Shown piece by piece: positions 50,259 through 61,214 of a stretch of DNA of 64,000 nt. Position 1 is the stretch's first letter. Each line of letters starts with the position of its first letter. This stretch comes from Bryobacterales bacterium. Lineage in GTDB: Bacteria > Acidobacteriota > Terriglobia > Bryobacterales > UBA6623. The notes under the pieces are model-generated. The model was not told the DNA's origin and did not search any database. It saw only the letters and a program-made list of their open reading frames with translations. A program made the position numbers and the translations under genes. The DNA lies in NCBI GenBank assembly GCA_965205085.1, contig OZ242039.1, positions 3,954,277 through 4,018,276 of the forward strand. Reading direction: 5' to 3'.

Positions 50259-52874
50259 TCACGTCCGCTTCGACCGGGTCCTCCGCCTGGTCCCGCCGCC
50301 CTCGGCGATCCTGGCCTCGCGCGCTCGCAGGAGATCGACCGCCTGGTCCATCGTGACATCGGCTGGCTGGCCGCCACGCGGAACCGAGGCGTTCAACTTG
50401 CCGTCGGTGACGTACGGTCCATAGCGGCCCTGGAGAATCCTCAGTTCCCTGCCGGTGGTCGGGTGCTCGCCCAGGACCTTGATCGGCAGTGCCTGGGCCG
50501 CCTGACGTCGAGGGTTCTTCTCCTGTGCCAGCAGTTTGAGGGCGTCGCCCAAACCAATGTCGAGCGGGCTCATGTCGGCCGGAATCGACCGGATGTCTTC
50601 GCCGCGCTTGACGTACGGCCCGAAACGCCCGTTGGCGGCCAGAACGGTCTCGCCGCTCTGGGGGTCGTCGCCCAGGGACCGGGGCAGGGACAGCAGCTTG
50701 AGCGCCGTATCGAGATCGATGCTGTCCGGGTCCTGGCCCCGCAAGAGCGAGGCCCGCTTGGCCTTGCCCTCCTGGTCCGCATCCCCCAGCTGGACGAAAG
50801 GTCCGAACCGGCCCTGCCTGACATAGACCGGAAGGTTGGAGTCGGGCGCGAATCCGACAGGGGCCGGGCCCTTGCGGGCGACCTGCAGCAATTCGCGTGC
50901 GGCATCCATGTCGAGCTCGTCCGGAGCGAGGTTGTCGGGTACGCTGCATCTGGATTCGCCGTCCGTCAGGAACGGTCCGTAGCGACCGATGCGAACCTCG
51001 AGACTGCTGCCGTTCTCCTGTTCGCCGATAGGAAGGCTGCACACCTGGCGTGGGTCGATTCGCTCCTGACCGCGCTCGACGAGGGCGTGCAACCCTGCAT
51101 GCCCGTTGCCGAAGTAGAACCCTTTCAGGTATTTCAGACGATCCAGTTCGCCGCGGGCTATCGCGTCCAACTGATCTTCGAGCCGGGCGGTGAAAGCGTA
51201 ATCGGCCAAGTGCGTGAAGTGTTCCTCCAGAAGGCCGACGACTGCCATCGCCGTGAAGGTTGGTATCAGCGCCCCGCCCCGCTTGAACGCGTACGACCGC
51301 GACTGGACGAGGTCGACAATGGTCGCCCAGGTGCTGGGGCGGCCGATCCCCAGGCGTTCGAGTTCGCGAATCAGTTGGCCTTCCGTGTAGCGGTTCGGGG
51401 GCTGGGTTCGTCGCTCGTGCGGTTGCGCCGCCGTCACGGCGAGCGTGGTGCCCTCGCGGAGGTCCGGCAGGATTCTCTCCCTGGTGTCGGTTTCCACGCC
51501 TCCCTCGAGTGCTTCGCTCGAGTAGGCCACCAGGAATCCCGGGAACTCGATCACCTTGCCGGTGGCGCGGAACACAGCGTCGCGGACTGAGACCAGTGCG
51601 AGGGTGTTCGTGCCGCGCGCGTCCCGCATCTGGCTGGCGAGAGTCCTCCTCCAGATCATCTCGTACAGCTTGGCCGCTTCGGAACCCAGCCGGTCGCGGA
51701 CCTCGCCGACGGTCCGGAACTGCTCTCCCGCCGGGCGGATCGCCTCGTGGGCCTCCTGGGCGTTCTTGACCTTGTTCCGGTAGTAGCGGACGGACTCCGA
51801 AAGGTACTCCGGCCCGAACTTCTCCACGATCAGCGCGCGGGCGGCCGACTTGGCCTCGTCCGAGAGGACCGTCGAGTCGGTTCGCATGTAGGTGATGAAG
51901 CCGTTTTCGTACAGTTGCTGCGCGAGCCCCATTGTGTGCCGGGCCTGGAACCGCAGCCTGCTGTTGGCTTCCTGCTGCAGGGTGCTGGTGACGTACGGAG
52001 CCTGGGGTGCCGTTACGAACGGCTTCTCCTCCAGTGAGGACACCCGAGGGTCGTCGGCGCGGGTCTCCTCGGCGATCCGCTTGGCATCGATCTCCCTCAA
52101 CAGCGCCGGAGGGTCCGCCGTGCGGCCGGTCGCGGCCTTCAGCTGCCCAGTGTCCGGATCGAAATCCCGGCCCGTTGCGATGCGGCGACCGGCCACCTGG
52201 AACAGTTCCGCTTCGAATTCGGAACCGGCGTGTGAAAACGTTGCCTTCACTCCCCAATACGCCGCCTCCGTGAAGCGAATCCTGGCCCGTTCCCGTTCGA
52301 CCAGCAGGCGCACTGCCACACTTTGGACGCGTCCCGCACTCAAGCGGGGAATCATCTTCTTCCAGAGCAGTGGACTGACCTCGTAGCCGAACAGCCGGTC
52401 CACGATGCGGCGCGTCTCCTGGGCTCTGACCAGGTTCTGGTCGATGCTTCTCGGGGATGTCAGGGCGGTTCGGATTGCCTTCGCCGTGATCTCGTGGAAG
52501 ACCAGCCGCTCGGTCGGCACCTTGGGGCCGAGGATCTCCAGCAAATGCCAGCTGATCGATTCCCCCTCGCGGTCCTCGTCCGTCGCGAAGTAGACGTGCT
52601 CGGCCTCCCTTACGGCCTTGCGAATGTCCTTCACGAGTTCCTTCTTGTCCTTCGGAATGACGTAGACGGGCTCAAAGTCGGCCTCCACGTTGACCCCAAG
52701 GCGAGCCCACGGGTTCTTCTTGAGTTTGGCGGGAATGTCGGTGGCGCTGTTCGGCAGGTCTCGGACATGACCCACCGAAGCCTTGACGACATACCCGTCC
52801 GGGAGAAACTTCGCGATCGTCCGGGCCTTGGTCGGCGACTCGACGATAACGAGAGTCTTGGAAGGGTTGCTCAC
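50259..52874 (-). CDS. topA: DNA topoisomerase I
   Basis: TLVIVESPTKARTIAKFL (TOPRIM), ITYMRTDS (active-site Tyr region) and C-terminal G(R)(F/Y)GP(Y/F)V repeats. GTG start. Confidence 0.95.
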   Translation of the reverse strand: MSNPSKTLVIVESPTKARTIAKFLPDGYVVKASVGHVRDLPNSATDIPAKLKKNPWARLGVNVEADFEPVYVIPKDKKELVKDIRKAVREAEHVYFATDEDREGESISWHLLEILGPKVPTERLVFHEITAKAIRTALTSPRSIDQNLVRAQETRRIVDRLFGYEVSPLLWKKMIPRLSAGRVQSVAVRLLVERERARIRFTEAAYWGVKATFSHAGSEFEAELFQVAGRRIATGRDFDPDTGQLKAATGRTADPPALLREIDAKRIAEETRADDPRVSSLEEKPFVTAPQAPYVTSTLQQEANSRLRFQARHTMGLAQQLYENGFITYMRTDSTVLSDEAKSAARALIVEKFGPEYLSESVRYYRNKVKNAQEAHEAIRPAGEQFRTVGEVRDRLGSEAAKLYEMIWRRTLASQMRDARGTNTLALVSVRDAVFRATGKVIEFPGFLVAYSSEALEGGVETDTRERILPDLREGTTLAVTAAQPHERRTQPPNRYTEGQLIRELERLGIGRPSTWATIVDLVQSRSYAFKRGGALIPTFTAMAVVGLLEEHFTHLADYAFTARLEDQLDAIARGELDRLKYLKGFYFGNGHAGLHALVERGQERIDPRQVCSLPIGEQENGSSLEVRIGRYGPFLTDGESRCSVPDNLAPDELDMDAARELLQVARKGPAPVGFAPDSNLPVYVRQGRFGPFVQLGDADQEGKAKRASLLRGQDPDSIDLDTALKLLSLPRSLGDDPQSGETVLAANGRFGPYVKRGEDIRSIPADMSPLDIGLGDALKLLAQEKNPRRQAAQALPIKVLGEHPTTGRELRILQGRYGPYVTDGKLNASVPRGGQPADVTMDQAVDLLRAREARIAEGGGTRRRTRSKRT

Positions 52875-52947
52875 AGCAGCGGTGCCTCTCTTACTTCTCT
52901 ATAGCACCGCTGGCAGAGGATTGTGGCAGACACCGGAATCGGCCGTC

Positions 52948-53574
52948 TCAGCGATGCTGTCCGAAGGTATAGACGAATACGGGGTGCTCGGCCCCGCTGA
53001 CCGGTACGGTTACGGTGATCGACGGATTCCACCCGGGAATCTCCCACTTGTAGCTGACCACCCGAGCGCCGGCCTTCAGTTCCCGTTCCAGCTTGGGGCG
53101 CAATTGGCGGTTGGCTGACGTCATGAGAAACAGCGTAACCACCGTCGCGGCACTCAAGTCGGCGTCGAAGATGTCCCGCTGGCGGATCTCGATGCGGTTC
53201 TGGACGCCCGCAGCGGCGACGGCCTCGCGGGCTTCCTCGACCAGGCGCCGGTCAATCTCGAATCCGACCCCCCGGGCACCATGGGCCTTGGCGGCCCGCA
53301 CGAGAATGCGGCCGTCACCCGAGCCCAGGTCGTAAACCGTGTCCTCCATCGAGACCTTCGCCACGTCCAGCATCATGTCCACGACGTGCCAGGGTGTAGG
53401 CACAAAGGGGGCGACGCTGCGGGGGTCGAGCAAGGGTGCTGCCGGCTGGGCCGGCGCTGTCGGCGCGGATGCCAGCAGCGCGGCCAAGACCGCGATGCCT
53501 GCCGACGGACTCGACAGGAGTCGCCCCGGCCGTTGTCGCTGCCCGGGAAACCCGCCTTGTTCTTCGTCTGCCAC
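52948..53574 (-). CDS. Class I SAM-dependent methyltransferase with an N-terminal hydrophobic segment
   Basis: VYDLGSGDGRILV.AA (motif I) and GVGFEID. The start is uncertain: I take the GTG at 53574, while the ORF track extends to 53820. Confidence 0.7.
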   Translation of the reverse strand: MADEEQGGFPGQRQRPGRLLSSPSAGIAVLAALLASAPTAPAQPAAPLLDPRSVAPFVPTPWHVVDMMLDVAKVSMEDTVYDLGSGDGRILVRAAKAHGARGVGFEIDRRLVEEAREAVAAAGVQNRIEIRQRDIFDADLSAATVVTLFLMTSANRQLRPKLERELKAGARVVSYKWEIPGWNPSITVTVPVSGAEHPVFVYTFGQHR

Positions 53575-53818
53575 CGCTCGGTGCCCTCCCCAATATAGAT
53601 TCACGGTACAGAGCCCCGCAACCGCCCAGCCCAGATCAACCCTTGGCCGCCAGAACCGCCCCGACCGAATCGACGGCTTCGAAGGGATACAGGATACAGT
53701 CGGGCATCCCGAGGTCAATCGGGCTGTTGGGTCTGGCCGTTCCCGGCGGGCCCGGGCCCGTTCCGTGGCCAGCGTGACCATGATATTATTGTATGGGCCG
53801 CTAGGAACTGCCTTGCGC

Positions 53819-55897
53819 ATGAGTGAACTGTTTCGGGCGAGGTTCGTCGCTACGCCGACGCTGGTCGTCGGACTGGTCTGTGCGCATTTCCCGACGGTTG
53901 CGGGGGCGGACGGCTCTTTCCCCGATCACGGCGATTGCAGCTACTTCGGCCCGAACGGTAATTCCGGGATCGTCTATACGCAGACCGATGACATCCGGGC
54001 GATGAAGCGTCGCACCAAACAGACGGTTGCGGCCCTGGCGATGATCCCTCAGGCTCGGCGAGGCGGCATCCTCCCCCGGGCTGCCAACACCGGGGACCTG
54101 GCCTGCTCCGGCATCGACGACTGCATCCAGCGGGCTGCCGAAGCCGCTGGCGTACCGCTCACCTACCTGACCGCGGATTCAGAGTTCCTGCGTCGCGCCA
54201 GCCTGGACTTGACCGGTCGAATCCCGACCAGGGAGCAAGTGCTGTCGTTCCTCCGGGACCGGACCCCCAACAAGCGGGAGCAGTTGGTGGACGCTCTGCT
54301 GCAGAGCACCGCCTGGGTGGACCGCTGGACCATGTTCTTCGGGGACCTGTTCGAGAACACCCAGAGAACCGCCCAGGTCAACCGCTACCCGTTGGGACGG
54401 GATTCGTTCCATCTCTACCTGCGAGATTCGATGGTGCAGAACAAGCCGTACGACCGGATGGTGCGCGAGATGCTGGCGGCCGAGGGTACCAGCGACGGTC
54501 GCGTGTACCCGAAGCGGTACACGAGCTTGGAGCATTTTCGGGGGACCTACGGCGACTACGTGGGGAATCCGGTGCAGGCGTCGCCGGTGGCCTACCTCGT
54601 AGGGGGCCGAACGACCGGAGGACCGATCCAGGATACCTACGACACCCTGGCGTTCATGACAGCGAAGCACTTCCTGGGGAATTCCTTCATGGATTGCATC
54701 CTGTGCCACGACGGGGAAGGCCATCTGGATTCCCTGAGCGCGTGGGGTGCGAAAGCGCAGAGGCTTGAGGGTTGGGGCCTGGCGGCCTACTTCTCGGATA
54801 TCCCCCGCCACCAGTCCTGGCGGGTTCCGAGGCGTACGCTGCCCAACGACCCCCAGCGCATGAGGCGAGTGAACGCCAACTACTACTTCGTGCATGACCT
54901 CCCGCCGGGGCGGGAGGCGCGGGCCGGAAACGGCGACACGGCCGGCATCTACCTGGGACAGACGAACGGCGGCAATCGTCCTGACCGGACGCATGCGGCG
55001 CGGGTGGTGGAGCCGGCCTACCCGTTCGAGGGCGTGCCGGCCGAGAACGCGACCGAGCGCCTGCGTCAAAGGCTGGGCCGCCACGTCACGGCGGATCCGC
55101 AGTTCGCAAGGACTGCCGTCAACTACATCTGGAGGGAGTTCTTCTCGCGGGGGATCGTGGAGCCGCCCGACCAGTTCGACCTGTTGAGGCTGGACCCGGG
55201 CCGGCCGCCGGCGGCCGGCTGGGACATCCAGCCGTCCCATCCGCACCTGCTGCAGTGGCTGGCAAACCGGTTTCGGGACAGCGGCTTCGACCTGAAGTGG
55301 CTGATGAAGGAGATCGTGACATCGCAGGCGTACCAGCTGTCGTCACGATATGAGGGCGCGTACAATCCGCTGCACGAGCGGTACTTTGTTCGACACCAGG
55401 TGAAGCGGCTGACGGCGGAGCAGATCCACGATGCCATCGTGGTGGCGAGCGGGCGTCCGCCGAGCTACAACGTGAGCCGCACGCTGCGGGGCCTGCAGTT
55501 CGCAATGCAGTTCCCGGATGTGGTGAATATGCCGCCCGGCAACGGCTACCAGCCGCGGCATGCGCGCGCCCTGTTGACGTCCTTCACCCGCGGTGACCGC
55601 GAGCAGACGCGCCGCTCCCGCGATGCCAGCCCGCTCCAGGCACTCAACCTGATGAACAACCCGTTCGTGCTGGACCGGACGGCACTGGACCAGGGGGCGG
55701 GCACCCTGGCTGAGTCCCTGGAACTGCCGGATCCGGACATGGTGAGGAACCTGTACCTGCATGTGCTGAGCCGCCTCCCGACGGAGGCGGAGGAAGCCCG
55801 CGCGCTGGCCTACATTCAGGGGGGCGAGCGGGCGGAGCGAGCGTCGAATCTGATGTGGTCGTTCTTCAACAAGACCGACTTCTACTTCAACTACTGA
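53819..55897 (+). CDS. DUF1549/DUF1553 protein (no cytochrome domain)
   Basis: FLRRASLDLTGRIPT.EQV..FL (DUF1549), CILCHDG, and a DUF1553-like C-terminus ending FFNKTDFYFNY. Confidence 0.85.
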   Translation: MSELFRARFVATPTLVVGLVCAHFPTVAGADGSFPDHGDCSYFGPNGNSGIVYTQTDDIRAMKRRTKQTVAALAMIPQARRGGILPRAANTGDLACSGIDDCIQRAAEAAGVPLTYLTADSEFLRRASLDLTGRIPTREQVLSFLRDRTPNKREQLVDALLQSTAWVDRWTMFFGDLFENTQRTAQVNRYPLGRDSFHLYLRDSMVQNKPYDRMVREMLAAEGTSDGRVYPKRYTSLEHFRGTYGDYVGNPVQASPVAYLVGGRTTGGPIQDTYDTLAFMTAKHFLGNSFMDCILCHDGEGHLDSLSAWGAKAQRLEGWGLAAYFSDIPRHQSWRVPRRTLPNDPQRMRRVNANYYFVHDLPPGREARAGNGDTAGIYLGQTNGGNRPDRTHAARVVEPAYPFEGVPAENATERLRQRLGRHVTADPQFARTAVNYIWREFFSRGIVEPPDQFDLLRLDPGRPPAAGWDIQPSHPHLLQWLANRFRDSGFDLKWLMKEIVTSQAYQLSSRYEGAYNPLHERYFVRHQVKRLTAEQIHDAIVVASGRPPSYNVSRTLRGLQFAMQFPDVVNMPPGNGYQPRHARALLTSFTRGDREQTRRSRDASPLQALNLMNNPFVLDRTALDQGAGTLAESLELPDPDMVRNLYLHVLSRLPTEAEEARALAYIQGGERAERASNLMWSFFNKTDFYFNY

Positions 55898-55923
55898 CCA
55901 CGGATGGGGAAGGGTTACCGGCA

Positions 55924-57342
55924 GTGAGCGAGAGAGAACGGTTCGAGAAGCTGGTCCGGCGGCGGCAGCCGGAGCACCACTGGTTTTTCGAGCGGCCGCA
56001 TCTAAGTCGACGGTGCTTCTTCCGCCACGCCGTTTCCGGAGTGGGCGGATTCTATCTTGCCGACGGCTTTGCAAGGGGCGAGACGGAGCGCGTGGGAACT
56101 GCGGCACCGCAGAACTCGGCCACAGCGACGATTTTCCTCTTCCTGTCCGGAGCCCCCAGCCACGTCGATCTGTTCGACTTCAAGGAGGTGCCGGGCGTCA
56201 CGCCGCTGGACTTCGCTCCGGAGACGTTTGGTGGCATGACGTTGCCGACGGGCTTGCTGGGCAACACGGCGCGAGTGGCCGACAGGATCGCGATCATCCG
56301 GTCGGGGCTGGCATGGGCGCGTGCGCACGCGCTGGCGAAGAACTGGCTCCAGATCGGCCGGAATCCGGTGTCGGCGACGGGCCGCATCGCGCCCCATATC
56401 GGGAGTGTTGTGGCGATCGAGAAGGAGCCGGAGCGACGACCGGGACAGAATTTCCCGCCATTCATTTCGCTGCAGGCGCGCAACATCGCCGGGTCGGGCT
56501 ACTTTCCGGCAGACCTGGGCCCCTTCCAGACCCAGGCGTCTGCCAGCGGCCTGGCCAGCGCGGACCACCGGGCCGGCCCCGGGGTGTTCAACGAGCGGTG
56601 GGAGCTGCTGCAGGCGGTCGACGGCGAGCTTCGGGGCGCTGGCTCGCCTTTCGGGGCGGACGCCAGCAGCATGGGGAGCCTGTACCAGAACGCCAGGCGC
56701 CTGATGTTCAATCCGGCCGTGAACGCGGCGTTCACTTTCACCGAGGAGGAGAGCGCACGCTACGGCGGTACAAGTTTCGGAAACGCGGTGCTGACGGCCA
56801 GGAAGATCGTCGAGCAGGACCAGGGCACGCGCTTTATCCAAGTCGAGTCGACCGGGTGGGACCATCACGGGGACATCTATGGACCCGCGAACCAGCGAAA
56901 CCTCTACGACCGGACCAGGGAGTTCGACCCCGCATTTGCAGCACTGATCGAGGATCTGGACGCGTCGGGGAAGCTTGACGAGACCCTGGTGGTCGTGGCC
57001 GGGGAATTCGGGCGGACGCCAGGGAAGCTGTCGAACGCCAGGCTCGGACGCGACCACTACCTCCAGATGTTCTACGTGCTGGCGGGCGCGGGCGTCACGG
57101 GCGGCAAGGTGATCGGTGCCACGAACGACACTGGCGGCCGGGGCCCGGGCTCGTTCACAACCGAGGCAGGCTGGTCCCGTGACCGCGAAATTCGCCCGGA
57201 AGATCTCGAGGCGACGATCTACTCGGCGATGGGCATCGACTGGACGAAGGTGCGCCACGACGACCCGCTGGGCCGGGGCTTCTACTACGTTCCGGTGGCC
57301 GACGAGGACGCTTACGCCCCGGTCGACGAACTCTGGAGTTGA
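55924..57342 (+). CDS. DUF1501 (sulfatase-fold) protein, partner of the DUF1549/1553 gene
   Basis: LFLSGAPSHVDLFD.K, GWDHHGD and AGEFGRTP. The GTG at 55924 was chosen because the upstream gene ends at 55897. Confidence 0.88.
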   Translation: MSERERFEKLVRRRQPEHHWFFERPHLSRRCFFRHAVSGVGGFYLADGFARGETERVGTAAPQNSATATIFLFLSGAPSHVDLFDFKEVPGVTPLDFAPETFGGMTLPTGLLGNTARVADRIAIIRSGLAWARAHALAKNWLQIGRNPVSATGRIAPHIGSVVAIEKEPERRPGQNFPPFISLQARNIAGSGYFPADLGPFQTQASASGLASADHRAGPGVFNERWELLQAVDGELRGAGSPFGADASSMGSLYQNARRLMFNPAVNAAFTFTEEESARYGGTSFGNAVLTARKIVEQDQGTRFIQVESTGWDHHGDIYGPANQRNLYDRTREFDPAFAALIEDLDASGKLDETLVVVAGEFGRTPGKLSNARLGRDHYLQMFYVLAGAGVTGGKVIGATNDTGGRGPGSFTTEAGWSRDREIRPEDLEATIYSAMGIDWTKVRHDDPLGRGFYYVPVADEDAYAPVDELWS

Positions 57343-57395
57343 GTCCGGCTGGCAAGGACCCGAGGGCCCGGACTGGACCCGCCGGACGAGAACAC

Positions 57396-58391
57396 TCAGT
57401 TCGCCCGCTCGACAGCCCAGTGGGCTGCCCCTTCCGCCAGCGCTCGCTTGTAGCGAGATTCGGGCAGTGTCTCCAGCCCTTCCAGGGCTGCCTCGCAGAA
57501 CTGAACGGCCTTTTGCCGAACCTGGTCAATCGCTTCGTATCGGTCCAGAATATCGAGGATTTGCCCCAGGGAGACTGACCTGTAGCCGCCTTCCCGCACG
57601 ACGGTTTCCACCTGGGATCGCTCGAGGGGGGTGCACCTCTGGAGCGCCAAGATCATGGGCAGTGTGATCTTGCCTTCCTTGAGATCGTTGCCCACCGGCT
57701 TGCCGAGGACCGCCTCACTAGCCTCGAAATCCAGCACATCGTCGATCAGCTGGAACGCCATGCCCAGATTCCAGCCATAGGCCCGGAGACGCTCCTCGGT
57801 GGCCTCGCCCAGGCCGGCCAAGTGTGCTCCGAAGCGGGTGCAGGCGGAGAGCAGGCAAGCAGTCTTTCGGTGAATCAGATCATGGTTCTGCTGCTCGGTG
57901 ATGTCGAGACGGCCGATCAGGTCGGCCTGCATGAGCTCTCCCTCGACCATCATCTTCGTGAGGTCTATGAGCACGTCCAGAATGGCGAAATCCCGTTCAC
58001 GCAGGGCAATGCCGAAGGCCTGCATATAGAGCCAGTCGCCCGCGAGGACGCTCACCTGGTTGCCCCATTCCTTGTTGGTGGATGCCCGGCCCCGGCGTAC
58101 CTCGGCGGCGTCAATCACGTCATCGTGCACGAGGGTCGCTGCATGGATGATCTCCATCACGGCCGCGATGCGGACCGGGGCGTCTCCGTACTCCCCGCAC
58201 GCCCGGGATGAGAGCAGGACGAGGGCCGGCCGCAGTCGCTTTCCGCCACTGGCATTGAGGTGTCTGCTGATCGACGTGATCACGTCCTCGCAACAGATCG
58301 TGTCAAGGGCGATCACCCGTTCGACCCGACGAAGATCCGCGGCGACGAGGGAGAACATCTCCGCCTTGGAGAGAAGGGCCAGACGCGCCAT
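57396..58391 (-). CDS. Long-chain polyprenyl diphosphate synthase (IspB/HepT type)
   Basis: GGKRLRPALVLL, LVHDDVID (first DDxxD) and FQLIDDVLD (second). Confidence 0.9.
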   Translation of the reverse strand: MARLALLSKAEMFSLVAADLRRVERVIALDTICCEDVITSISRHLNASGGKRLRPALVLLSSRACGEYGDAPVRIAAVMEIIHAATLVHDDVIDAAEVRRGRASTNKEWGNQVSVLAGDWLYMQAFGIALRERDFAILDVLIDLTKMMVEGELMQADLIGRLDITEQQNHDLIHRKTACLLSACTRFGAHLAGLGEATEERLRAYGWNLGMAFQLIDDVLDFEASEAVLGKPVGNDLKEGKITLPMILALQRCTPLERSQVETVVREGGYRSVSLGQILDILDRYEAIDQVRQKAVQFCEAALEGLETLPESRYKRALAEGAAHWAVERAN

Positions 58392-58494
58392 TGCCTTCGT
58401 CGGAACGGATCCCGTGCCTCCAGTCTACCGATTCGCACCCCGCAGACCGAGTCGGAGGCCTGTCGGATCCACTGCGATGGGTTCGGGGGGCAGC

Positions 58495-59769
58495 CTACGC
58501 CGCCTGTCGGACGGGGTCGCCATCGACGATTTGCCCGCTCGAGTCGAACTGGATCGAATCCGGTCCACCGTGGAAGCTGATGCCGGGATTCCGGCCAAGT
58601 TCATGCCGCAGGTTCTCGCTTACCCTCAACTGCTGGATTTCCATGGTGTTCCGGATCCATACGATCCGGCAGTCCTGCGGGTTCGCCCGGCCGCACGTGG
58701 CGAGAATCTTCTCGATGCATTCCCGGTCGGTCGCGAAGTGAGGGGGGCACATGGAGCCGACCGTACTGGAGGCGGTGAACGAATTGATCCAGGTCTTCTC
58801 GAAGTCGACGGCCGCGTAGAGCCGGTCGTGGATCACGTCGCACAGACCGATCCCCATGGCGTTGCCGCCGCTGTGGGGGGTCAGGCTCCGTGCGTAGATT
58901 CGCTCGATCCGCGGCAGGCCAGCCCAGCAGTTGCGACCCAGGGCCGATCGATTGATCACCTTCGTATCCATGCCGGCACCGGATATGTTCTTGCCGATCT
59001 CGTCCACAATCAACAGGTCGACCGGATCGACGGGAAGATTCGCCTTCCACCCCTTCACCCGCTCGAGCAGCTCTTCCTCCCGCGCAACCATGTTGGCTGC
59101 CCCCAGCGCGTGAACCTCGGCAGTGCTGTGGTGCGCGTCCTCAAGGATCGCGAGGCCGCCAAGCAGTCGCCCGCTGTCCAGCATCACGCGTCCGACCGCA
59201 CGGATCACCTCTTCGAGACCGAGCCGAACGGCCCACAGATGGTATCGGCTGGCGCCCTCCCACTTGCCCAGGCCGATGGCCATCATCTTGTGGACGCCAC
59301 TCTCGAGGCGGCCCTCGAAACCGGTGTGCCACTTCACTCGGCTGCACAGCATGACTCCATCGGCCTCCCAGGCCTCACGGTCCATTGAGACGACGATGCC
59401 TTGGGGCGTCTCGCCGATGGGCACGATCTCCAGGGAACTGACAACCGGCACACCCATGGACGACTCGGTGATGCCGTAGTGCGCCAACACTTCCCGCTGG
59501 CCCTCGGCTGTACCGCCACCGTGGCTGCCCATGACGGGAATAATGAACGGCCTGACGCCGCGGTTTCGCCACGAGTCCACCACCCCCCGGACGATGGTTT
59601 CGATGTTCTCGATGCCCCGACTGCCCACGCCGACGGCGACTCGACTGCCGGCAGGCACCCGCGCGACCCACTCGGCAGAGTCCATTGCCTCCCGTACAGC
59701 CCGGTAGACGTCGGGGACGGCGCGGTCGGGATAGTCTTGCTGGATCGGTACCATTCGGGGCAGGCGCAT
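58495..59769 (-). CDS. Lactate-racemase-N-terminal-like (DUF2088) domain protein
   Basis: The pattern VAVGVGSRGI.NI..IVR.VV...G..PFIIPVMGSHGGGTAEGQ.EVL...GI, VDEIGKNISGAGMDTKVI recalls this family. This is from memory only. Confidence 0.65.
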   Translation of the reverse strand: MRLPRMVPIQQDYPDRAVPDVYRAVREAMDSAEWVARVPAGSRVAVGVGSRGIENIETIVRGVVDSWRNRGVRPFIIPVMGSHGGGTAEGQREVLAHYGITESSMGVPVVSSLEIVPIGETPQGIVVSMDREAWEADGVMLCSRVKWHTGFEGRLESGVHKMMAIGLGKWEGASRYHLWAVRLGLEEVIRAVGRVMLDSGRLLGGLAILEDAHHSTAEVHALGAANMVAREEELLERVKGWKANLPVDPVDLLIVDEIGKNISGAGMDTKVINRSALGRNCWAGLPRIERIYARSLTPHSGGNAMGIGLCDVIHDRLYAAVDFEKTWINSFTASSTVGSMCPPHFATDRECIEKILATCGRANPQDCRIVWIRNTMEIQQLRVSENLRHELGRNPGISFHGGPDSIQFDSSGQIVDGDPVRQAA

Positions 59770-60134
59770 CGAGAGAATTATAGGCGGTGCGGCTCCGACG
59801 ATGGCGATGTCCGTGGCGTTCGCGTTCCGTTGTCGAACGAACCAGCAGCCAACCTCCTTGAGGTACCGTTGACGGGCACGCCGGTTGCGAGAGTTCGGTC
59901 AAGGGGAACTCGCGGGCGGACCCACCCGGGTTTCCAGCGCGCTTCGGTCCGCGGCTCGTCCGCGTTCTCGGCTGCCATTCTCCGCGCTGCGGATTCCCCC
60001 TGCCGTCCAATGCCGATGACGCAACCGACAACTCGGACCCGTCACCCTGCGGTACGCAGGTTGACGGGCCATGAGCAGTTTGCATTGGCGCTGCCCGAAA
60101 TCGGGGCCGACTGTTGCGACCCGCCGCGTCCATA

Positions 60135-61214
60135 ATGAAGGGGATGCGCTGCCACTCCGGCAACCGGGGCGTTTCGAGGCGTCGCATCCTGAGTCTGGCC
60201 GGTGGCTTGGCCCTGGCCAGGTCGGCTGGAAGCGAGCCGCAAGACTTGAATGCCACGATCACAGCCGTGCCGGGTATCCGAGTCGGGCACTGGACCCACC
60301 CGTCCGGATCGACCGGCTGTACCGCCGTCATCACCAGCGACGGTGCTGTAGGGGGGGCTGATGTTCGCGGGGGCGGTCCCGGCACGCGTGAAACGGACCT
60401 GCTCAAGGCGGAAATGAGCGTGGACTCGGTCCATGCGGTGGTGCTGTCGGGGGGGAGTGCCTACGGACTTGCCACGGCGGATGGCGTGATGCACTACCTT
60501 GAGCAGCAGGAAATTGGATTCCGCGTGGGAGGGGCGGTCGTTCCGATCGTGCCGGCAGCCATCCTGTTCGACCTCGGAGTCGGTGACCCGACGGTGAGGC
60601 CCGATGCGAAGGCGGGCTTCCGGGCGGCCGAGACGGCCTCGAACCAACCCGTCGAGATGGGCAGTGTCGGCGCGGGAGCCGGAGCGACGGTCGGCAAGAT
60701 GTTGGGAAAGGAGCGGTCCATGCGAGGGGGACTGGGCTCGGCGGCGTTCAGTCTTGAAGACGGACTCGTCATTGGGGCCTTGGTGGCGGTCAACTGTTTG
60801 GGGGACGTCGTCGATCCTGCGACTGGGGGGATCCTGGCCGGCGCGCGGAACGGGGACGGAACGGGATTCGCAGACACGATGTCGGCGCTGCGGCGCGGAC
60901 TCGCCGGTGTGGAATCTGAAGTGGCTGGCAGCACGACGATCGGAGTTGTGGCGACGAACGTCGATTGGACCAAGGCTCAGGCCACCAAGGTGGCGCAAAT
61001 GGCACAGGATGGGCTCGCGCTCGCGATTCGTCCGGCGCACATGCCCTTCGATGGGGATACGATCTTTGCGCTGGGGACAGGCGGGCGTCGTGTCGACACT
61101 CGACTGACCGGCGTGGTCGGCGCCCTGGCGGCCAGCGCAATGGCACTGGCGATCGTGGCCGCGGTTCAGACGGCCACGAGTGGATTCGGCCTGCCGGCCG
61201 CCCCGGACCTGTAG
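60135..61214 (+). CDS. Peptidase family S58 (DmpA / P1 aminopeptidase-like), Tat signal
   Basis: SRRRILSLAGGLALA, GIRVGHWT...TGCT.V, VVLSGGSAYGL, GTTIGVVATN and FDGDTIFAL. Start options are 60114 (TTG), 60135 and 60144. Confidence 0.85.
   Translation: MKGMRCHSGNRGVSRRRILSLAGGLALARSAGSEPQDLNATITAVPGIRVGHWTHPSGSTGCTAVITSDGAVGGADVRGGGPGTRETDLLKAEMSVDSVHAVVLSGGSAYGLATADGVMHYLEQQEIGFRVGGAVVPIVPAAILFDLGVGDPTVRPDAKAGFRAAETASNQPVEMGSVGAGAGATVGKMLGKERSMRGGLGSAAFSLEDGLVIGALVAVNCLGDVVDPATGGILAGARNGDGTGFADTMSALRRGLAGVESEVAGSTTIGVVATNVDWTKAQATKVAQMAQDGLALAIRPAHMPFDGDTIFALGTGGRRVDTRLTGVVGALAASAMALAIVAAVQTATSGFGLPAAPDL

Noticed and set aside
50248-52257. The upstream two-thirds of the 896-aa ORF 49567..52257.
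   Set aside because: Only the last 226 codons (from the ATG at 50247) look like TsaB. The remainder overlaps topA in another frame and is low-complexity Arg/Gly/Pro.
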